Position numbers and translations under genes: made by a program. This document shows positions 50,323-60,758 of a stretch of DNA of 64,000 nucleotides, one piece after another. The DNA comes from Flavobacteriales bacterium (GTDB lineage Bacteria; Bacteroidota; Bacteroidia; Flavobacteriales; UBA7430): the NCBI GenBank assembly GCA_022425195.1, contig JAKMFX010000019.1, forward strand, positions 84,676 to 148,675, written 5' to 3'. Positions within the stretch are counted from its first letter, which is position 1. Each line of letters opens with the position of its first letter. A model generated the notes under the pieces. That model had not been told where the DNA came from. It did no database searches and saw only the letters and a list, made by a program, of their open reading frames with translations.

Positions 50323-50841
50323 ATGGCATTGGTGAAATCAATAAAAGGCAAAAGTCCTTCTTGGGGTAAGAATTGTTTCTTGGCAGAAAATGCAACCCTC
50401 GTGGGGGATGTGGTCATGGGAAAAGACTGTAGCGTGTGGTTCAACGCCGTACTCCGAGGAGATGTGCACTACATAAAAATGGGCGATCAGGTAAACATTC
50501 AAGACGGGGCCATCGTTCACGGAACCTATCAAAAACACCCCACAAACATTGGCAATAAAGTCTCTATCGGACACAATGCATTGGTCCACGGATGTACCAT
50601 TCACGACCAGGTACTGGTGGGTATGGGCGCAACGCTCATGGACAATTGTGTGATCCACTCCAACAGCATCATCGCTGCAGGGGCTGTGGTCTTAGAAAAT
50701 ACGGTGGTCGCATCGGGCTGTATTTATGCGGGAGTGCCGGCAAAAAAAGTGAAAGAGTTAAATGAAGAACAAACAGCGCGATTGATCGAGGGCATCTCTA
50801 ACAATTATGTCAAGTACGCAAGTTGGTTGGAAGAAGAGTAA
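50323..50841 (+). CDS. Gamma-carbonic-anhydrase-like hexapeptide-repeat protein
   Basis: Left-handed beta-helix repeats and the conserved GDVxxG...NIQDGAIVHG...HGC pattern. Confidence 0.8.
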   Translation: MALVKSIKGKSPSWGKNCFLAENATLVGDVVMGKDCSVWFNAVLRGDVHYIKMGDQVNIQDGAIVHGTYQKHPTNIGNKVSIGHNALVHGCTIHDQVLVGMGATLMDNCVIHSNSIIAAGAVVLENTVVASGCIYAGVPAKKVKELNEEQTARLIEGISNNYVKYASWLEEE

Positions 50842-50845
50842 GGGA

Positions 50846-51364
50846 CTACAACTCTATGGGAAACTCTTTTTTTATTTGTTCCACCCAAGCCGCCACACGG
50901 TCGTCCGTTTGATCAAACTGGTTGTCTTCGTCGATGGCCAAGCCTAAAAAAGTTCCCTTATCTAGTTCGGCTTTAGACTCGGTATGCTCGTAGCCCTCTG
51001 TAGACCATTTTCCGACGATGGTCCCTCCATTTTTCAGGACTACCTCGCCAATGATTCCCACACCATCAATGAAGTAATCACAATAAACAAATTGGTCTCC
51101 CAAACCAAAAAGAGCAACCGTCTTACCACTGAAATCTATCTTTTTGAACTGGTCAAAAAAGGTATCCCAATCGCTCTGAAGTTGACCGTCATGCCAGGTA
51201 GATAGACCCAAAATAATTTGATCATACTCCGCAAAGTCCTCCACTTTGGCGTCATACATATCTATCAAATAGACCTGCTCCTTACTGATCTTACTTCGAA
51301 TTTTAAGGGCGATCTCCTCGGTATTTCCCGTGTCTGACCCATAGAACAAGCCTATTTTCTTCAT
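50846..51364 (-). CDS. fldA: Long-chain flavodoxin
   Basis: MKKIGLFYGSDTGNTE FMN phosphate-binding loop. Size is about 172 aa. Confidence 0.88.
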   Translation of the reverse strand: MKKIGLFYGSDTGNTEEIALKIRSKISKEQVYLIDMYDAKVEDFAEYDQIILGLSTWHDGQLQSDWDTFFDQFKKIDFSGKTVALFGLGDQFVYCDYFIDGVGIIGEVVLKNGGTIVGKWSTEGYEHTESKAELDKGTFLGLAIDEDNQFDQTDDRVAAWVEQIKKEFPIEL

Positions 51365-51499
51365 CGCTGACTGATTTTTTTGCAAAGTTAAGCATTCTCT
51401 CTAATCAACATATAAAAACGGCACTAAAAGCGTCGAATTCAAGCCTGTGGGTCGTAAATAAATTCGTCAGGAATTGACAGAGCAATCCTATTTGTTTTG

Positions 51500-51507
51500 T
51501 AATTTTG
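51500..51507 (+). promoter_or_regulatory. Candidate -7 promoter box for the bacilliredoxin gene
   Basis: TAATTTTG fits TAnnTTTG and lies about 30 nt upstream of the ATG at 51538. Confidence 0.35.
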
Positions 51508-51537
51508 CAAATAATAGAATCACATAAAAGAAAAAAT

Positions 51538-51951
51538 ATGTACCCAGAACAAATGGTGGCGCCTATGCGTCAAGACCTAGCTCAAGAAGGCTTTACCGAG
51601 TTAAGAAGCGCTGAAGAAGTAGATAAGCTATTAGGCTCAGCATCGGGAACGGTTCTCGTTGTTGTAAATTCCGTATGTGGATGTGCAGCAGGAAACGCTC
51701 GTCCTGGAGCAAAAGCTGCCGTGAAAAATGCAAAGAAGCCAGATCACATCACTACCGTTTTTGCGGGTGTTGACAAAGATGCGGTGGCTAAGGCCCGTGA
51801 ATTTATGATTCCTTTTCCTCCATCATCACCATGCATTGCTTTGTTTAAAGGTGGAGAAGTCGTGCACATGTTGGAAAGACATCATATTGAAGGTCGTGGC
51901 GCTGATGCGATTGCCGCCAACTTAATGGCTGCCTTTGACGAGTTCTGCTAG
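51538..51951 (+). CDS. BrxA/BrxB-family bacilliredoxin (YphP/YqiW, DUF1094)
   Basis: VVNSVCGCAAGNARPG redox motif, TVFAGVDKDA and SSPCIALFKGGEVVH, closely following the Bacillus bacilliredoxin pattern. Confidence 0.85.
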   Translation: MYPEQMVAPMRQDLAQEGFTELRSAEEVDKLLGSASGTVLVVVNSVCGCAAGNARPGAKAAVKNAKKPDHITTVFAGVDKDAVAKAREFMIPFPPSSPCIALFKGGEVVHMLERHHIEGRGADAIAANLMAAFDEFC

Positions 51952-51973
51952 GATACTTCACACATATAAATGT

Positions 51974-52008
51974 AAAAATCCCCTCGAGATGTTCGAGGGG
52001 ATTTTTTT
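51974..52008. terminator. Bidirectional intrinsic terminator between convergent brx and nrdA
   Basis: AAAAATCCCCTCGAgatgtTCGAGGGGATTTTTTT. Confidence 0.85.
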
Positions 52009-52044
52009 ATTCTAGCTGTATGGTATTCTGGGGGGGGCTAGATA

Positions 52045-54429
52045 TCACGATCCGCAAGCCACGCAATCGTCTGGATTGTCAATGGAACATGCCAACTGCT
52101 CTTCCGGGGTAAACTCTTGTACCTCTTCAGCAGCTACAACCGGTTCCATTTGGGCTTTGGATTGTTTTTGTACCGTAAATTTAATCGCATCAACAGCAGA
52201 TTTCGTTCTCAGGTAATACATCCCTGTTTTCAAGCCTTGTTTCCAAGCGTAAAAATGCATGGATGTTAGCTTTCCTAGGTTTGCATTTTCCACAAACAAG
52301 TTTAATGATTGTGACTGGTCAATGAACATACCGCGTTCTCCGGCCATGTCGATGATGTCACGCATACTCAATTCCCAAACCGTCTTGTATAGGTCTTTGA
52401 TGTTTTGCGGGATGATCTCAATGTTTTGAATCGATCCATTGGTGCGAAGGATTTCGTTTTTCAACTCATCGTTCCACAAGCCTAGCTTGACCAAGTCTTT
52501 TAAAAGGTGCTTGTTCACAATAATGAACTCTCCTGAAAGGACGCGTCGCGTGTAGATGTTTGAAGTATAGGGTTCAAAACACTCGTTGTTACCTAAAATC
52601 TGAGACGTCGATGCCGTTGGCATTGGCGCTAGTAGTAGGGAGTTGCGAACACCACTTTCCTTAATTTCTTCACGAAGTTCATCCCAGTCCCATCGACCAG
52701 AAAGTTCTTTAGCTTCCACACCCCATAGATCAAACTGGAACTGACCTTGAGAAATTGGAGACCCTTCGAAGGTCTCGTAGGCTCCGTCCACCTTAGCCAG
52801 GTCTTTGGAAGCTTTCAAAGACGCAAAGTAAATCGTCTCGAAAATGTCTTTGTTGAGCTGCTTCGCCTCTGGAGAGGTAAACGGCAAACGCAATTGGATG
52901 AAGGTATCGGCCAAACCTTGCACACCGAGTCCTACCGGACGGTGGCGCATGTTTGAATTCCGTGCTTCAGGTACTGGATAGTAATTCCGGTCAATCACAA
53001 CGTTTAAGTTCTTGGTTACCTTATAGGTCACTTCGTACAATTTGTCGTGGTCAAATTTTCCGTTGTCCACAAACATTGGCAAGGCAATGGATGCTAAGTT
53101 ACATACAGCCACCTCGTCTGGTGCCGTGTATTCTATAATCTCAGTACACAAGTTGGACGAACGAATGGTTCCGAGGTTCTTTTGATTTGATTTTTCATTA
53201 CAGGCATCCTTATACAACATGTAAGGTGTACCGGTTTCAATTTGAGATTCAACAATTTTCTCCCAAAGTTCACGTGCCTTAATCGTCTTACGACCTTTTC
53301 CTTCCGCTTCGTACTGTTCGTAAAGCGCTCTAAATTTATCACCGTAGGCATCTGCCAAGCCCGGGCACTCATTCGGACACATTAACGTCCACTCACCATT
53401 GGCCTCTACACGCTCCATGAACAAGTCAGGCGTCCACATGGCGTAGAAGAGGTCACGCGCACGCATTTCTTCTTTCCCGTGATTTTTTCTCAAGTCTAAG
53501 AAGTCAAACACATCTGCATGCCATGGCTCTAGGTATATGGCAAAAGATCCTTTTCTTTTTCCTCCACCTTGGTCTACGTAACGAGCCGTATCATTAAAGA
53601 CGCGCAGCATAGGAACAATTCCGTTAGACGTCCCATTCGTACCGCGTATGTACGATCCTTTGGCACGAACGTTGTGAATGCTTAATCCAATTCCACCCGC
53701 AGACTGCGATATTTTAGAACACTGCTTTAGCGTGTCATAAATCCCATCGATGCTATCGTCTTTCATGGTCAATAAGAAGCATGAAGACATTTGTGGTTTC
53801 GGCGTACCGGCATTGAATAAGGTAGGTGTTGCGTGCGTGAAGTATTTCTTCGACATCATCTCGTAGGTCTCGATGGCCGCATCAATATCGTCTTTGTGAA
53901 TCCCTATAGAAACCCGCATCAACATGTGCTGAGGTCGTTCTGCAATCTGCCCATCCAAACGCAATAAGTACGAACGCTCTAAGGTTTTAAATCCAAAGTA
54001 ATCATATCCGAAATCCCGGTCGTATATGATGGTCGAGTCCAACACTTCTTTGTGCTCTTGGATGATTTCGTATACATCATCGGCCAAAAGAGGTGCCTGT
54101 TGATTCGTAATTGGATTGACGTATTCGTAGAGCTCGGTCATGGTTTCCGAAAACGATTTTTTCGTTTTCTTGTGTAAGTTTGACACGGCAATGCGAGCCG
54201 CCAACTGTGCATAGTCTGGATGCTTAACCGTTAGCGAAGCAGATACTTCCGCCGCCAAATTATCCAACTCAAAGGTCGTTACATTTTCATAGATTCCTTC
54301 AATCACCTTCATGGCAACTGTAGTAGGATCTACCAAAGCATCTAAACCATAACAGAGTTTTTGTATTCTGGCAGTAATTTTGTCAAACTTTACAGCCTCT
54401 TGGCGGCCGTCTCTTTTTAATACGAACAT
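52045..54429 (-). CDS. nrdA: Class Ia ribonucleotide reductase, alpha subunit
   Basis: N-terminal ATP-cone ([16 protein letters not shown]), catalytic SNLCTEI, and a C-terminal CxxC tail (DDCVACGS). Confidence 0.95.
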   Translation of the reverse strand: MFVLKRDGRQEAVKFDKITARIQKLCYGLDALVDPTTVAMKVIEGIYENVTTFELDNLAAEVSASLTVKHPDYAQLAARIAVSNLHKKTKKSFSETMTELYEYVNPITNQQAPLLADDVYEIIQEHKEVLDSTIIYDRDFGYDYFGFKTLERSYLLRLDGQIAERPQHMLMRVSIGIHKDDIDAAIETYEMMSKKYFTHATPTLFNAGTPKPQMSSCFLLTMKDDSIDGIYDTLKQCSKISQSAGGIGLSIHNVRAKGSYIRGTNGTSNGIVPMLRVFNDTARYVDQGGGKRKGSFAIYLEPWHADVFDFLDLRKNHGKEEMRARDLFYAMWTPDLFMERVEANGEWTLMCPNECPGLADAYGDKFRALYEQYEAEGKGRKTIKARELWEKIVESQIETGTPYMLYKDACNEKSNQKNLGTIRSSNLCTEIIEYTAPDEVAVCNLASIALPMFVDNGKFDHDKLYEVTYKVTKNLNVVIDRNYYPVPEARNSNMRHRPVGLGVQGLADTFIQLRLPFTSPEAKQLNKDIFETIYFASLKASKDLAKVDGAYETFEGSPISQGQFQFDLWGVEAKELSGRWDWDELREEIKESGVRNSLLLAPMPTASTSQILGNNECFEPYTSNIYTRRVLSGEFIIVNKHLLKDLVKLGLWNDELKNEILRTNGSIQNIEIIPQNIKDLYKTVWELSMRDIIDMAGERGMFIDQSQSLNLFVENANLGKLTSMHFYAWKQGLKTGMYYLRTKSAVDAIKFTVQKQSKAQMEPVVAAEEVQEFTPEEQLACSIDNPDDCVACGS

Positions 54430-54451
54430 AGGGATAGGGAGTTAGTGGGAT

Positions 54452-55426
54452 TTAAAAATCAGCGTCAAAGGTGAATCCAGCGTCTTCTTCTTTTCCTAAG
54501 ACACCTGCTTTTTGGTATTCCGATACGCGTTTCTCAAAGAAATTGGTCTTTCCTTGAAGCGAAATCATGTCCATGAAGTCGAATGGGTTTTCGACATTAT
54601 AGACTTTATCGCATCGCAACTCCACCAACAAGCGATCCGTAACAAACTCTAAATACTGCGTCATCAGGTCTGAGTTCATTCCAATCAGTCGAACCGGTAA
54701 GGCTTCGATGATAAATTCTCTTTCAATATCTAAAGCTTCGGTAATGATTTGTTTAATTCTTTCTTTAGGCACTTTGTTTACAATGTGATCGTTGTGCAGC
54801 ATGCAGGCAAAGTCACAGTGAAGTCCCTCATCACGAGAAATCAACTCGTTCGAGAAGGTAAGCCCTGGCAAGAGTCCTCTCTTCTTCATCCAGAAGATGG
54901 AGCAGAAAGAGCCTGAGAAGAAAATTCCTTCTACGGCGGCAAAAGCAATCAATCGTTCAGCAAAACTTGGCGACTCAATCCATTTTAAAGCCCAGTCGGC
55001 TTTCTTCTTGATGGCGTCAAAGTTTTCGATGGCATTAAACAACTTGTCGGCCTCTGTTTTGTCTTTGATGTAGGTGTCAATCAACAAGGAGTACGTTTCC
55101 GAATGGATGTTCTCCATCATGATTTGAAAGCCGTAGAAAAACTTCGCCTCTGTGTACTGTACTTCTGAAAGGAAGTTCTCCGCAAGGTTTTCGTTAACAA
55201 TCCCGTCTGAGGCCGCAAAAAAGGCAAGAACGTGTTTGATGAAGTGTCTTTCGTCATCGTTCAGCTTGGTTTCCCAATCGATGGTGTCCTGACTCAAGTC
55301 AATTTCTTCCGCCGTCCAGATGCTGGCTTCTTCTTCTTTGTAAAATTTCCAGATGTCATCATGGACGATCGGAAAGAGGACAAATCGGTTTTCGTTTTCT
55401 TCTAAAATAGGTTCAACAGCTGCCAT
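54452..55426 (-). CDS. nrdB: Class Ia ribonucleotide reductase, beta subunit
   Basis: Di-iron/tyrosyl radical motifs ([23 protein letters not shown]) and a C-terminal acidic tail ending in DADF. Confidence 0.95.
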   Translation of the reverse strand: MAAVEPILEENENRFVLFPIVHDDIWKFYKEEEASIWTAEEIDLSQDTIDWETKLNDDERHFIKHVLAFFAASDGIVNENLAENFLSEVQYTEAKFFYGFQIMMENIHSETYSLLIDTYIKDKTEADKLFNAIENFDAIKKKADWALKWIESPSFAERLIAFAAVEGIFFSGSFCSIFWMKKRGLLPGLTFSNELISRDEGLHCDFACMLHNDHIVNKVPKERIKQIITEALDIEREFIIEALPVRLIGMNSDLMTQYLEFVTDRLLVELRCDKVYNVENPFDFMDMISLQGKTNFFEKRVSEYQKAGVLGKEEDAGFTFDADF

Positions 55427-55708
55427 AACTTATTGTATGTTTTTTGAACCAAAAGGTCCAATGGGTTTGAAAATCAACACTTGAGTATCGAGGAATAAAA
55501 AAGCCCAATTGGGATTTGAGCTACTACAAAGATTTTAATAAAAACTCTCGCATCCAATAGCGGAATTAAAATTGCCTTTTGAAGTTTTCAACAAATCGTT
55601 GATATCCATCCCAAAGTGCGCATTTATAAAGAGTTGCAAAATTCTAATCAGTGTTAAAAACAAAATAAAATTTAAAAAACGCCTACAAATAAAAACTTGA
55701 TAATCCCC

Positions 55709-56290
55709 CTAGGAACTGCATGATTTTTTGTGCTTTTCCGCAGCAAACTCAAGGGCTTTATACCAATCCATTCCGTATTTTTTCTGTAGCGGCTCTTTCA
55801 AAAACTTATACACCGGAACTTTCAATTTTTGGCCGCATTCACAGGCGGGTTCGCAAATGTTCCACTTGTGATAATTGACCGCCTCGAATTCGGGGTAACT
55901 TTGCACACGAACGGGGTACAATTCACAAGAAATGGGTTTCTTAAAGTCGATTTTGCCAGCTCGATAAGCGGCCTCAATGGCGCATTTTGCCGTTTTATTT
56001 TCATCAAAAAAGACGTAAACACATTCTTTTCCTTGCACCAGAGGGGTTTCCTTTTCTCCATCTTCACCAAGCACCCACTTGCCTTGTTCTTCTACACCCC
56101 TTATGCCTTTCTCAACCATGAAGGGCTTCACCTCCTCATAGATGCTTTCAAGCACCTCTGCTTCGCGGTCTTCTACAGGGGCTCCACCCGTGCCCTCCAC
56201 ACAACAAGCCCCTTTGCAGGCGCTTAAATCGCAGACAAACTCTTGATCCAAGAGGTCTTCAGAGATTAGGGTGTTTTTTATAGATATCAC
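55709..56290 (-). CDS. DUF3109-family Cys-rich protein
   Basis: FVCDLSACKGACCVEG N-terminal Cys cluster and further Cys motifs (CELYP, CEPACECG). Confidence 0.6.
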   Translation of the reverse strand: MISIKNTLISEDLLDQEFVCDLSACKGACCVEGTGGAPVEDREAEVLESIYEEVKPFMVEKGIRGVEEQGKWVLGEDGEKETPLVQGKECVYVFFDENKTAKCAIEAAYRAGKIDFKKPISCELYPVRVQSYPEFEAVNYHKWNICEPACECGQKLKVPVYKFLKEPLQKKYGMDWYKALEFAAEKHKKSCSS

Positions 56291-56361
56291 CCTACAAAGA
56301 TACGACTTTAAAGGGCAAAAAAATTATTCTAACACTATTGAAGAGCAGAAATAAATTCGTC

Positions 56362-57840
56362 TCAACTAAGCCTCTCTTTGATAAATGCCTCGGCATTGCG
56401 GATGTGGGTTTGCTTTTTTTCCTCCGACATGCGATTCAGCGAATGCGCTAACATGGAGGTTCGAGGATTCGACTTAAAAAAGTCTTGATGCTTCATCACG
56501 AAGCTCCAAAAAAGGCCGTCCCAAGTGCCTTCCCACGCTCCCTTGCTGTAATTGCTCATCTTTCGTAGGTAATTGGAGCCGCCGATATAGGGCTTGGTCG
56601 CAAAAGTACCTCCGTCGGCAAACAGACACATCCCATATACATTGGGCACCATCACCCAATCGTAGGCATCAATAAAAAGTTCCATAAACCAACGGTGCAC
56701 CTCGTCGGGGTCGAACTCGCACAACAGCATGAAGTTCCCCAACACCATGAGTCGTTCAATGTGATGGCAATAACCCGTTTCAAGGGTTCTCTTAATGGTA
56801 ATGTCTATGGGTTCAATACCTGTGGTCCCGTCGTAAAAGCTGGCCGGTATTTTACGTTTAAAACCCCAAAAGTTTCGCGTTCGGGAATACCTTCCCTTAC
56901 AAACGTACATCCCGCGAATGAACTCACGCCATCCGATGATCTGGCGAACAAAGCCTTCGGTAGAATTGATGGGAATCCCTTCCTCTTTTGCAAAAGATAA
57001 AGCCCGGTCAACGATGTCTTTGGGTAAAATTAAGCCTGCGTTCATGAGTGGCGACAGCAAACTATGGTTAAGTATAGAAGCCTCTTTGACCAAGGCATCT
57101 TCATAAATGCCAAAATCGTAAAACCGATAGGTTAAAAACTGCTCCAGCCAAGCCTCAGACTCCTCGTGGGTAATGGGATACAGCCGGTCTTCGGAGAGAT
57201 TTCCGGGGCAGGCTGAAAAGTGCGCTTCTACATAAGTTACTGCCTCATCCCAAAACCGATTTTTCTCGGGGAAATACACCGCCGGTGGCGTTTTGTCTTT
57301 GGGGTATTTTTTACGGTTGTCCGCATCGTAGGTCCACTTTCCTCCTTCAGGATTCCCCTCAGCATCTAGCAATATGTCGAGCCTTTTGCGCTGCTGCTTG
57401 TAGAAGGTGGTTTGGAAGAACGATTTCTTATCCGATCGGAAAAAGGGTTGTAGGTCTTTCTTGCTGTTGAGAAACTGTGGGCTGTCGTACATCGTTAGCT
57501 GAATGGCCCTTGCCGTGTCGCGCAAGCGCTGCTCCAACCAATCGTCTACAGGATCTATGACGTGGATGTGAGCAATCTTCTTGTCGGCGATTTCTTTATG
57601 AAATTCTCGAATGTCCGAAAGGACATCGGAAGATTCTATATAATGCACGGTCTTGTTCAAACCCTCCAAATGGGATTGGTAGGCCTTCATGGAAGCTCGG
57701 TGAAAGGCGATTTTCTGCTGGTGAAAGGCGTAGTGTTTGAAGAAGAGGTATTCCTCAACCAGGTATATATCGAAGTCATTCTCTAGAAGTGGGCTCTTCT
57801 GAAAGAGCTGATGCGGAAAGATGAGGTTAATCGCTTTCAT
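56362..57840 (-). CDS. Cryptochrome/photolyase-family protein of the PhrB/CryB (FeS-BCP, COG3046-like) type
   Basis: 492 aa with N-terminus [10 protein letters not shown]...YLVEE...[12 protein letters not shown] and a C-terminal helical domain with HIERLM and YDWV regions, typical of this subfamily. Confidence 0.75.
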   Translation of the reverse strand: MKAINLIFPHQLFQKSPLLENDFDIYLVEEYLFFKHYAFHQQKIAFHRASMKAYQSHLEGLNKTVHYIESSDVLSDIREFHKEIADKKIAHIHVIDPVDDWLEQRLRDTARAIQLTMYDSPQFLNSKKDLQPFFRSDKKSFFQTTFYKQQRKRLDILLDAEGNPEGGKWTYDADNRKKYPKDKTPPAVYFPEKNRFWDEAVTYVEAHFSACPGNLSEDRLYPITHEESEAWLEQFLTYRFYDFGIYEDALVKEASILNHSLLSPLMNAGLILPKDIVDRALSFAKEEGIPINSTEGFVRQIIGWREFIRGMYVCKGRYSRTRNFWGFKRKIPASFYDGTTGIEPIDITIKRTLETGYCHHIERLMVLGNFMLLCEFDPDEVHRWFMELFIDAYDWVMVPNVYGMCLFADGGTFATKPYIGGSNYLRKMSNYSKGAWEGTWDGLFWSFVMKHQDFFKSNPRTSMLAHSLNRMSEEKKQTHIRNAEAFIKERLS

Positions 57841-57966
57841 ATTTTTTATTTCGTTTGCATCGTTCGCTGCAATATTTTACCTGCTCCCAGTCTCTTTTCC
57901 ACTTCTTTCGCCAAGCATAAGGCTTGCCGCAGGTCAGACAGATTTTTGTGGGAAGGTGAGTCTTTT

Positions 57967-59109
57967 TCACTGTCGCAGTTCTTTTTTACATTTTTTCCAA
58001 AAGCCAAAGAAGGATGGGAAGTAACCTTGAACGCTACTCATCCATTCCCGGGGTTCTTCCGTTCCCTGATAATGTAGATTCAAGGGATGCTCTTTGTACG
58101 CGATTTGTGCGGGCGCCACCTGCTGCAACAGTTCTTCATATTCTCCGACGAACACCTTGATGTTGGAAATGTTTTTTGACAGATCAATGGCAAAGTCCAA
58201 ACTTCGCTGACTCACCGGATGCTTCTGAAAAACAGAGGGCTCCAAGAGGAAAATTCGTTGCACATCTTCGTCTTTGTGCCAAAGGGGGTCGAGGTTGTAG
58301 TAGTTGTAAACCAGAGTCTTTTTCGTTGCATCGAGGTTTGGGGCGTCCGTGATAGGTAAACGACATTCTAGAGCTTCTGTAGTCGTTTCCAAGAGGGCTT
58401 CCGGAATCTCCAATTCTTCGAAGGCCTCGTAGCCGACATCTAAAAAGGTATTCTTTTGAGCGCTCTTAAAGTACTTGTTGATGTTGTCTTGATTGGCATA
58501 ATATTTTTTATTGGAAAAGGCCCCTGCTACCCACTGCCAGCTGAGTTGATTGCTGGCCAGGTCGCCATCCAGAAGGTGGGCATACATCCACCGCGCGGGA
58601 GTGAGCCAATGGCACCTTGCAACATTGCAACATATGGAAGCCACATACATGCGCATGTGGTTGTGCATATAGCCACTTTCATAAAGTTCTCTTATGGCAA
58701 CATCTACCACTTCGACACCTGTACTTGCCTCCACTACTGCTAAAGGCATTTGTCTATTATTCACTTTTTCTTGAGGCCGTTTGAGATCGGTGTGGATGCC
58801 CTCACCCTTGGCCAACCAAACCTGCTGCCAATAATCTCTCCACGCAAGTTCTTGGGTAAACTTTTCCGCCTGATACCAGCTCAGACCGAGTGATTTTACG
58901 TGCTTATACACCTGACGTGTGGACAAAAAGCCTCTTGAAATGTAGGGGCTTAATCTGGAGACGGCCCCATCAGAAAAGTTTCGGCTTTGGGCGTACTTGA
59001 CTGGATTTATCTGCGCCAAGAGAGTCCTAACGCCCTCATGTGTTGTTGGGAAACGATCCTCTTTAAACTCTTCAAAACGCTCGTTTCGGTCTGCTTGGTT
59101 GTCAGTCAT
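57967..59109 (-). CDS. Photolyase/cryptochrome-family protein with the FAD-binding domain at the N-terminus (atypical architecture)
   Basis: FAD-domain motifs occur in order from residue ~45: [65 protein letters not shown]. No alpha/beta domain precedes them. Confidence 0.75.
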   Translation of the reverse strand: MTDNQADRNERFEEFKEDRFPTTHEGVRTLLAQINPVKYAQSRNFSDGAVSRLSPYISRGFLSTRQVYKHVKSLGLSWYQAEKFTQELAWRDYWQQVWLAKGEGIHTDLKRPQEKVNNRQMPLAVVEASTGVEVVDVAIRELYESGYMHNHMRMYVASICCNVARCHWLTPARWMYAHLLDGDLASNQLSWQWVAGAFSNKKYYANQDNINKYFKSAQKNTFLDVGYEAFEELEIPEALLETTTEALECRLPITDAPNLDATKKTLVYNYYNLDPLWHKDEDVQRIFLLEPSVFQKHPVSQRSLDFAIDLSKNISNIKVFVGEYEELLQQVAPAQIAYKEHPLNLHYQGTEEPREWMSSVQGYFPSFFGFWKKCKKELRQ

Positions 59110-59233
59110 CTCTCAAAGTTACGGATAATTCACCAATGGTGTGTGCGTAAAAACAAACCTTAGTAGTTCCCTTTTACGCAAAGAGAAAAATTTACTTTCA
59201 AGGCGTTGGTATTTTAATTTCCCTATCTCACAC

Positions 59234-59264
59234 AAAAAAGCCTCCTCAGAAAGAGAAGGCTTTT
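59234..59264 (-). terminator. Intrinsic terminator between the AT-rich insertion and the photolyase-family gene
   Basis: Minus strand GCCTTCTCtttctGAGGAGGC (one mismatch) followed by TTTTTTGTG. Confidence 0.5.
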
Positions 59265-59476
59265 GTACACAAGACGATTCAGTTCTCGAACTCTTTCACA
59301 AAGACCTAGTACAGCTCTATGATTTAAAAGAATGCTTAAAACAAGAGGATTTATTGAATGTATGATGATAAACTGTGAGTAAATAAGCGTTTGCCAATTG
59401 TTTACTTACTACATTACAGTACTTAAACTACATAGAGATAGAATATCCTATTGTATGAATATCAATTTCGTAAGTA

Positions 59477-60085
59477 CTAATCTTTAAATAAATCTTCTTT
59501 GTTATCTTTCGAATTAAATTTATCTAGAACCAATTGCCGATCCAATAAAGAGATAAAATCGTTAATTTCATCAACAGAATAAAACACAAACGCAATATTA
59601 TCTAATGTCATAAATTGATTTTCGCTCGCAGTTAACTCACCAGTAGTTATTATGAAAGCATAGTCAACAGTTCCATTGTTTTCGGATATTTTCATTCTAT
59701 ATGTTAGGTTGACTGAGAAATCAAATTTCCACTCATCATAGTATAAGAAATAACCTTCAACTCTTGGTTGTGAAGCCTCGATGCTTTTGTCTAATTCTTT
59801 AACTTGATTTTCTTTTGCCACTAAATACCATTCTTCGTACTTTTTTGCTGCATTTTGAAGAGATACTTTAAATTTTTCAATCTTCTTATATCTAACTAAT
59901 AAACCAACCTTTTCGTGTGAAGCATCAAGAGAATAACCATCAATATATAGATCATAAGCACCTTTTTCATCTGGTTTTACGGCTTTTACAGAAAGCTGTC
60001 TATCAAGAATATTAAACTGACTAATAGTTTCTTGGCTATAGGCGAAGGAGTAAATAAAAAAGAAAGTTAAAATAATTTTTTTCAT
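59477..60085 (-). CDS. Hypothetical secreted protein (island cargo)
   Basis: Signal peptide MKKIILTFFFIYSFAYSQ. No recognisable family. Confidence 0.5.
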   Translation of the reverse strand: MKKIILTFFFIYSFAYSQETISQFNILDRQLSVKAVKPDEKGAYDLYIDGYSLDASHEKVGLLVRYKKIEKFKVSLQNAAKKYEEWYLVAKENQVKELDKSIEASQPRVEGYFLYYDEWKFDFSVNLTYRMKISENNGTVDYAFIITTGELTASENQFMTLDNIAFVFYSVDEINDFISLLDRQLVLDKFNSKDNKEDLFKD

Positions 60086-60156
60086 AATTCTGTAGTTAGT
60101 CTTCGATTAAGTTATACAAGTTAATTACCTCTAGATAGAATGATTTTTATGAGTGA

Positions 60157-60420
60157 TTATAATCCTAATGAAGATATATCACTCTCATTCATACCAATGT
60201 CTTTTGCTATTTTTTTATTGTAATTCCTTATGGCCTTGTTCAAAGTAAACAAACGATATAGTGTCCAAACACCTAAGCCTCCTAAGGTAAGATAGTAGAT
60301 AATTTGTAGGAAAATTTGATCCATACTTCCGTATGACCAACCTAAAAATAAAAACAAAAGCCAAATATTAGACTTGTTAGCTCTTCTTTCATTATACAGC
60401 AAAAGCTTGTTTGTTTCCAT
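60157..60420 (-). CDS. Small two-TM membrane protein, TM2-domain-like
   Basis: LLFLFLGWSYG...YYLTLGGLGVWTLYRLF resembles the TM2-domain pattern (LG..G...QL.TLGGLGIW). Confidence 0.45.
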   Translation of the reverse strand: METNKLLLYNERRANKSNIWLLFLFLGWSYGSMDQIFLQIIYYLTLGGLGVWTLYRLFTLNKAIRNYNKKIAKDIGMNESDISSLGL

Positions 60421-60758
60421 ATCAGAAATTTGATAAAGTGTTAGAAATCATTTTCTTCGGACTAAATCTAAGTAAAATCAACGATATAGTTGTTTAATTT
60501 ATGAACAATTATAAAACTAACTTAAGCAATAAGTAGTCTGTAACAACAGAAAAAATGTTGGAAACTTCGAATATCAATTTGAAACCTCGGTTTGGAAATG
60601 AGTTTTAATTAATCAAATATTTGTAATGAACACAAGTGGATAGGGGTGTTTACACTATTGGTGTTTTATAACAAATAACCATCGCCCGAACATCACACAT
60701 CCTATGTCAAAAAAACAAATACTAATGGGGTATCCCCTACTCACATACTTAAGTTGAT

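Noticed and set aside
52030-52037. G8 homopolymer just downstream of the nrdA stop codon.
   Set aside because: It lies in the convergent intergenic region next to a strong bidirectional terminator, not in a coding or promoter spacer. There is no supportable function.
59276-59300. CAGTTCTCGAACTC segment faintly resembling the tRNA-Leu variable-arm region (CAGTTCTTTCGAGAG).
   Set aside because: The similarity is limited to about 8 nt and is in inverted orientation relative to the tRNA. This is insufficient for a tRNA remnant or att repeat.
59141-59365. 74-aa plus-strand ORF between the photolyase-family gene and the AT-rich block.
   Set aside because: It spans an inverted repeat and a terminator hairpin, has no homology-like motifs and has no gene context. 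It is treated as intergenic.
59468-59478. Possible att-like short match (CGTAAGTAC) to the sequence flanking the tRNA-Leu 3' end (CGTTAAGTAC at 62423-62432).
   Set aside because: It is only about 9 nt with an indel in AT-rich DNA, so it is easily a chance match. Serine recombinases do not require long direct repeats. It is not used to define the island boundary.
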